From Candidatus Poribacteria bacterium (lineage in GTDB: Bacteria > Poribacteria > WGA-4E > PCPOR2b), in assembly GCA_965218095.1 (NCBI GenBank), contig OZ244587.1, positions 5,632,001 to 5,696,000 on the forward strand: a stretch of 64,000 nucleotides of DNA. Reading direction: 5' to 3'. The notes beneath the pieces were generated by a model. It searched no databases. It saw only the letters and a program-made list of their open reading frames with translations, and had not been told where the DNA came from. Shown here piece by piece: positions 58,973 to 64,000 of the stretch. The position numbers were made by a program, and so were the translations under genes. Within the stretch, counting starts at the first letter, position 1. Every line of letters begins with the position of its first letter.

Positions 58973-60910
58973 TTACTTTTTATTAATGTTGTCGTCGGTG
59001 TTTTCCTCAACGACTTCTCCTTCAACATCAACAACAGTTTCGTCCGATTCTTCTGCTTTCTCCGTTACATCTTCAGTGTCTGCCGCGGCTTCAGACTCGG
59101 CTGCTGTTGCCTGGGCATACATCGCTTCCGCTAATTTATGATTCGCCTGCATCAACACATCGGTATCCGCTTTAATTGCTTCGAGGTCGTTTCCTTTCAA
59201 CGTTTCCCTTAATTTTTCAACCGCGCTTTCGACTTCGTTGCGCTCTTCCTCAGAGATCTTATCCCCGTATTCGTTGAGGGATTTTTCTGTGCTGTAGATC
59301 AGCGAGTTGGCATTGTTATGAACCTCAATCTCCTCTCTCTTCTGCTTGTCTTCTTCAACATGTTCTTCAGCGTCATTGATCATCTGCTCGATTTCAGTGT
59401 CAGATAAGCTACTGGAGGATTCGATACGGATTTTCTGTTCTTTTCCTGTACCCAGATCTTTCGCTGATACATGCACAATCCCGTTGGCATCGATATCGAA
59501 GGTCACCTCAATCTGTGGCACACCACGCGGTGCCGGGGGGATACCTAGCAGATCAAATCGACCAAGCGTACGATTATAAACCGCCATATCGCGTTCGCCC
59601 TGTAGAACATGTATATTTACAGCATCCTGGTTATCTGAAGCCGTTGAAAAGGTTTGGCTTTTCTTTGTCGGGATGGTTGTATTTCGCTCGATCAGGCGAG
59701 TGAAGACGCCACCTAGGGTCTCGATTCCGAGTGAGAGGGGCGTAACATCAAGCAACAGCACATCTTTGACCCCTTCATCGCCAGATAAGACGCCGCCCTG
59801 GATTGCCGCCCCAATGGCGACAACTTCATCCGGATTGACCCCTTTGTGCGACTCTTTACCGAAAAACTGCTGTACTGCTTCCTGCACCTTCGGCATCCGC
59901 GTCTGCCCGCCCACAAGTACAACTTCGTCGATGTCTGATGCGTGTAGTTCGGCATCAGCAATAGCTTGGCGACAGGGGCCAATTGTCCGATCAATGAGAT
60001 CTGCTGTGAGCTGCTCAAGTTTCGCTCGCGTAAGCGTGATATTCAGGTGTTTGGGGCCGCTCGCATCTGCAGTAATGAAAGGCAGATTAATCTCTGACTG
60101 CAATGCCGTTGATAATTCACACTTTGCTTTTTCCGCCGCTTCTCTCAGACGCTGGAGCGCCATTGGGTCTTGCTGCAGGTCGATACTATTCTCTTTGAGG
60201 AATTCTCCAGCCAACCAATCGACAATCTTCTCATCGAAGTCATCGCCCCCCAAATGCGTATCTCCGTTTGTGCTTTTGACCTCGAAAACCCCCTCGCCAA
60301 TTTCCAGAATCGAGATGTCAAAAGTGCCTCCGCCTAAATCGTAAACGGCGATTTTCTCGTCCGTCTTTTTGTCTAATCCATACGCGAGGGAAGCAGCCGT
60401 CGGTTCATTGATAATTCGCAGCACTTCGAGTCCGGCAATCTGCCCGGCGTCTTTAGTTGCCTGACGCTGTGCATCATTAAAGTACGCGGGGACGGTAATA
60501 ACGGCCTGCGTTATCGTTTCGCCGAGGTATGACTCAGCCGTTTCCTTCATTTTCCGCAAGACCATCGCTGAAATCTCGGGAGGAGCGTGCTCACGGTCTT
60601 CAATCTTGATTTTCGCTTCGCTATTGGCTCCCTCGACCACCGCATAAGACACCCTTTGGATCTCCGCGGCGACTTCATTGAAACGCCTGCCCATAAAACG
60701 CTTCACAGAAAACACGCTGTTCTGTGGGTTTGTCACGGCCTGTCTTTTGGCGACCTGACCAACAATCCGCTCGCCATCGTTGGTAAAGGCGACAACAGAA
60801 GGAGTAGTACGGTTACCCTCAGCATTGGCGAGAACCTTCGGTTCCCCACTCTCTAAAACGGCGATACAAGAGTTCGTTGTGCCGAGGTCTATGCCGATGA
60901 CTTTACTCAT
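58973..60910 (-). CDS. dnaK: chaperone DnaK
   Basis: [17 protein letters not shown], canonical Hsp70. Confidence 0.98.
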   Translation of the reverse strand: MSKVIGIDLGTTNSCIAVLESGEPKVLANAEGNRTTPSVVAFTNDGERIVGQVAKRQAVTNPQNSVFSVKRFMGRRFNEVAAEIQRVSYAVVEGANSEAKIKIEDREHAPPEISAMVLRKMKETAESYLGETITQAVITVPAYFNDAQRQATKDAGQIAGLEVLRIINEPTAASLAYGLDKKTDEKIAVYDLGGGTFDISILEIGEGVFEVKSTNGDTHLGGDDFDEKIVDWLAGEFLKENSIDLQQDPMALQRLREAAEKAKCELSTALQSEINLPFITADASGPKHLNITLTRAKLEQLTADLIDRTIGPCRQAIADAELHASDIDEVVLVGGQTRMPKVQEAVQQFFGKESHKGVNPDEVVAIGAAIQGGVLSGDEGVKDVLLLDVTPLSLGIETLGGVFTRLIERNTTIPTKKSQTFSTASDNQDAVNIHVLQGERDMAVYNRTLGRFDLLGIPPAPRGVPQIEVTFDIDANGIVHVSAKDLGTGKEQKIRIESSSSLSDTEIEQMINDAEEHVEEDKQKREEIEVHNNANSLIYSTEKSLNEYGDKISEEERNEVESAVEKLRETLKGNDLEAIKADTDVLMQANHKLAEAMYAQATAAESEAAADTEDVTEKAEESDETVVDVEGEVVEENTDDNINKK

Positions 60911-61532
60911 TCGATTCTTCCTCCTTTTCGCCTTTACCCTTAGATACTGAAACCATTGATGGGCGAATCACGCGATTATGTAGCATATACCCGCGCTGCC
61001 ATTCTTCGATGACCTGATTTTCGGGAACATCTTCCGACTCGACGTGCATCACCGCTTCATGCTGCATTGGATCGAATAGTTCGCTGACAGCTTCAATAGG
61101 TGTGACGCCACGATTTTCAAGCGCGCCGAGAAGTTGCTTGTGAATCATCTGAATTCCCTCGACAAGGGCGTCAAAATCTTTGGATTCTTTTGTCGAGTTG
61201 ATTGCCCTTTCGATACTGTCTACCGTCGGAATCAGATCTTTTACGAAGCTTTCAAGTGCATATTTTAAGAATTCCTCTTTCTCACGTTCAACCCGTTTTT
61301 TTGAGTTGTCAAATTCTGCGATTGTGCGGAGCATTTGATCCTGTCTAGCTTTTAAACGGGCAAACTCTTCTGCAGAGGGCAAATCTTCCGATTCTGAGTC
61401 TTCGCTAGCGTCTTCCTCCTCAGGAGTTTCTAGTTCAGCGTCAAGCGGCGTGCTCGTCGTTTCTTCCGAATCCTCCGCTTGTGTTTCTGTTTCTTGATCT
61501 TCTGCTGCATCTATTTTTTTATTTTCTGACAT
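60903..61532 (-). CDS. grpE: nucleotide exchange factor GrpE
   Basis: [31 protein letters not shown]. Confidence 0.95.
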   Translation of the reverse strand: MSENKKIDAAEDQETETQAEDSEETTSTPLDAELETPEEEDASEDSESEDLPSAEEFARLKARQDQMLRTIAEFDNSKKRVEREKEEFLKYALESFVKDLIPTVDSIERAINSTKESKDFDALVEGIQMIHKQLLGALENRGVTPIEAVSELFDPMQHEAVMHVESEDVPENQVIEEWQRGYMLHNRVIRPSMVSVSKGKGEKEEESNE

Positions 61533-61545
61533 ATGCATTACCTCT

Positions 61546-62586
61546 CTAAAGTGATTCTTCAAAGAACTGGCTAATCACTTCGGCAGTAAATTTGACAATC
61601 GACACGACACGCGGATATACCATCCGGGTCGGTCCGATAACGCCTATCGTCCCAAACTGATTGCCCCACACCCGATAACTTGATCTCACGATACTACACA
61701 TCCGCATGCCTTCGCAGTCGTTTTCACTGCCAATTAGCACCTGAATTCCAAGCCGATTCCGCCGGGTTGATAAAAGGTCAGCGATCTGCTCTTTCCGCTC
61801 CAAAACCCGGAATAACGGTTCGATTTTCTGCACTTCTCCAAACTCAGGATGACTGAAGAAGTTGGAAGCACCATCAATGTAAACATGAATTTCACGATCC
61901 AGGGAAAAGGTATTCCGTGCGACAACGGCCATTGGCTCTGACAGGTGTCGATCAAAGACGGCTTTCAATTTAACGGCATCCTGCGAGATCTGGCGTATCT
62001 GTTTTAATGGCAGCCCTGCCAACTTTTCATTTAATATCTGGTTAATCTGGTAGATCTCCTCATCAGATAGATCTTTGGGAATGGAGACAACTTGATTTTT
62101 GACAACTCCCGAAGCCATGATTAAAACCGCAAGTATGTGCTCGTTGTCAATCGAGATGAGCTCAAGACGGCGCAGAATGCTGTCGTGCAACTCCGGGCTC
62201 AAGACAACACCAATATAATGCGAAATTTCAGACAGGATCTTGGAAGTCTGTTCCATGATCTCTTCAAAATCGCGACTAGAAGAAGCGTACCCATCTCGGA
62301 TAAATTGCTTCTCCTTTACACTCAACTTCTGATCGGTCATCAGGTTATCGACATACACACGATAGCCTTGCTCTGTCGGAATGCGTCCGGCGGAGGTGTG
62401 AGGATGCGTTAGATAGCCAAGATCTTCAAGGTCTGCCATGGTATTTCGGAGCGTCGCCGCACTTAACCCCATGCTATAGTCCCGCGCAATCTTCCGCGAG
62501 CTAACAGGTTCAGCCGCCCGATTATAGCAATCGACAATTGCCTCTAAAACCTCATATTTCCGGGAATCTAGCACGGGAGTTGTCAA
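61546..62586 (-). CDS. hrcA: heat-inducible repressor HrcA
   Basis: SAATLRN.MADLE..GYL..PHTSAGRIPT, GPTRM; probable TTG start after GAGGTG. Confidence 0.96.
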   Translation of the reverse strand: MTTPVLDSRKYEVLEAIVDCYNRAAEPVSSRKIARDYSMGLSAATLRNTMADLEDLGYLTHPHTSAGRIPTEQGYRVYVDNLMTDQKLSVKEKQFIRDGYASSSRDFEEIMEQTSKILSEISHYIGVVLSPELHDSILRRLELISIDNEHILAVLIMASGVVKNQVVSIPKDLSDEEIYQINQILNEKLAGLPLKQIRQISQDAVKLKAVFDRHLSEPMAVVARNTFSLDREIHVYIDGASNFFSHPEFGEVQKIEPLFRVLERKEQIADLLSTRRNRLGIQVLIGSENDCEGMRMCSIVRSSYRVWGNQFGTIGVIGPTRMVYPRVVSIVKFTAEVISQFFEESL

Positions 62587-62613
62587 CAGTATCACCTCAA
62601 TTCGCAGGGTATT

Positions 62614-62640
62614 TTAGCACTCGACGCCTGAGAGTGCTAA
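62614..62640. promoter_or_regulatory. CIRCE element
   Basis: TTAGCACTC-N9-GAGTGCTAA perfect consensus; minus-strand TTGACA at 62669-62674. Confidence 0.97.
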
Positions 62641-62842
62641 CGGCTAAAAATACCATCTTTAGATGGATTTGTCAAGCAAAAAGGGAAACGCAGGGAATGG
62701 AAAATCGGTTACATCACAAATTCCGAGGGCTGACCGCGGGTGTTAAGTACATGGACACAAATTTCTGCATATTTCCTTCCGGGTCATAATCCATGCTAAT
62801 CCGCATTTTGTTCATAAACGGCGCCTCTATACTCAACCTACC

Positions 62843-64000
62843 TCATCCTTTCTTGAGACGGTAAAGATGCGTGCTCTGCCCAAAGAAGACCTCAGCCGCT
62901 TCCATGAGCGTTTCCGACAGCGTCGGATGGGGGTGGATAGTCCATTCAAGATCCGCTGCAACCGCTGCCATTTCAACCGCAAGCACACCTTCGGCGATTA
63001 GCTCGCCGGCACCGAGACCTACAATGCCCACACCGAGGACCTGTTCGGTTTCCGGATCGATTATCAGCTTGGTCATACCGTCGTTACGCCCCAGAGTGGT
63101 TGCCCTTCCTGACGCGCCCCATGGGAAACGACAGATCTCCACCGGAAGATTTTCCTGCGCTGCTTGTGTCTCAGTCAAACCACACCAAGCGATCTCGGGG
63201 TCTGTGAAGACCACAGCCGGTATCGCCCGCGGCTCGAAGGCGGTTTTGCGTCCGGCAATCGCTTCGGCTGCGACACGCCCCTCATGCGTGGCTTTGTGGG
63301 CGAGCATCGGTTCGCCAGTTATATCCCCGATGGCGTAAATCGCGGCATCGGTCGTCCGGCGCTGGGGGTCAACGCTGACGAATCCCCTTTCGTCCATTTC
63401 TACGGCAGTGTTCTCCAATCCAAGGCGATCGGTGTTCGGCTGGCGTCCGACGGCAATGAGGATTTTCTCAAAAACCTGTTCAGATTCTTCAATATCTTCT
63501 CCCTCGAATCGAACCCGAACGCCGTTCGCTTCCTCCTTCATCTCAACGACTTTGGTGTTGAGCATAATCGCGTGCGACTGCCGCTTCATTCGTCTGGAGA
63601 GGACATCCACCAAGTCACGGTCTACGCCTGGCAGTAAACCAGGGGTCATTTCCACCACAGAGACTTTGCTTCCCAGCGCAGCATAAACCGACCCTAATTC
63701 CAGCCCGATATAACCGCCGCCTACCACCAACATATTTGAGGGAATCTCACGGAGTTCCAGCGCCCCTGTTGAATCAAAAATATGAAGACTGTTCGGAGGC
63801 AGATTGGGGAGGATTTTGGGTTGAGACCCCGTTGCCAAGATAACATTCTCAAACGATAGGTTCTCTGCCTCATCATGGTTCTGTTCAACCCGCAATGTCC
63901 TGGAATCTAGGAAACTCGCCTTTCCCTGGATGGATTGCACATTTCGGCTTTTACAGAGCATGCCAAGCCCCTGAGTCATTTTCTGCACGACGCTTTCCTT
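62843..64000 (-). CDS. lpdA: dihydrolipoamide dehydrogenase (5' end outside window)
   Basis: ATGS, GGGYIGLE, IGD...PMLAHKA, IHPHPTLSE. Confidence 0.93.
   Translation of the reverse strand, partial: KESVVQKMTQGLGMLCKSRNVQSIQGKASFLDSRTLRVEQNHDEAENLSFENVILATGSQPKILPNLPPNSLHIFDSTGALELREIPSNMLVVGGGYIGLELGSVYAALGSKVSVVEMTPGLLPGVDRDLVDVLSRRMKRQSHAIMLNTKVVEMKEEANGVRVRFEGEDIEESEQVFEKILIAVGRQPNTDRLGLENTAVEMDERGFVSVDPQRRTTDAAIYAIGDITGEPMLAHKATHEGRVAAEAIAGRKTAFEPRAIPAVVFTDPEIAWCGLTETQAAQENLPVEICRFPWGASGRATTLGRNDGMTKLIIDPETEQVLGVGIVGLGAGELIAEGVLAVEMAAVAADLEWTIHPHPTLSETLMEAAEVFFGQSTHLYRLKKG

Noticed and set aside
1-64000. tRNA or rRNA genes
   Set aside because: No cloverleaf or rRNA-like segment recognised by eye; not excluded without tRNAscan/barrnap

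Overview
Bacterial genomic window, probably Candidatus Poribacteria or a similar sponge-associated lineage. That placement is inferred from internalin-like LRR, dockerin-like, PhyH and Uma2 genes and many palindromic repeats, and is not proven. Positions 1-15.8 kb form an iron/heme acquisition island with three Fur-like boxes: porin, imelysin, di-heme oxidoreductase, bfr, Rieske protein, IsdG-like monooxygenase, TonB receptor, CcsA-like protein, HmuY and a heme ABC binding protein. The island is interrupted by a Bpu10I-family restriction-modification pair and by genes flanked by integron attC-like relics. Positions 16-47 kb are a decaying accessory region: a defective IS3 inserted at a start codon, many gene fragments and MITE/REP-like elements, sugar-acid catabolic enzymes and a DNA MTase-HNH fusion. 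Positions 47-64 kb are mostly housekeeping (tandem PurS-like, transaldolase-like, ABC components, aspC, and hrcA-grpE-dnaK-dnaJ-prmA with a perfect CIRCE, lpdA), with an orphan toxin-tip/immunity-like pair between dnaJ and prmA. The most notable observations are a riboswitch-like leader able to sequester the heme receptor RBS, and recurrent diverged duplicates of gene ends flanking inserted genes. All calls come from reading the sequence and recalled family motifs; no searches were run.
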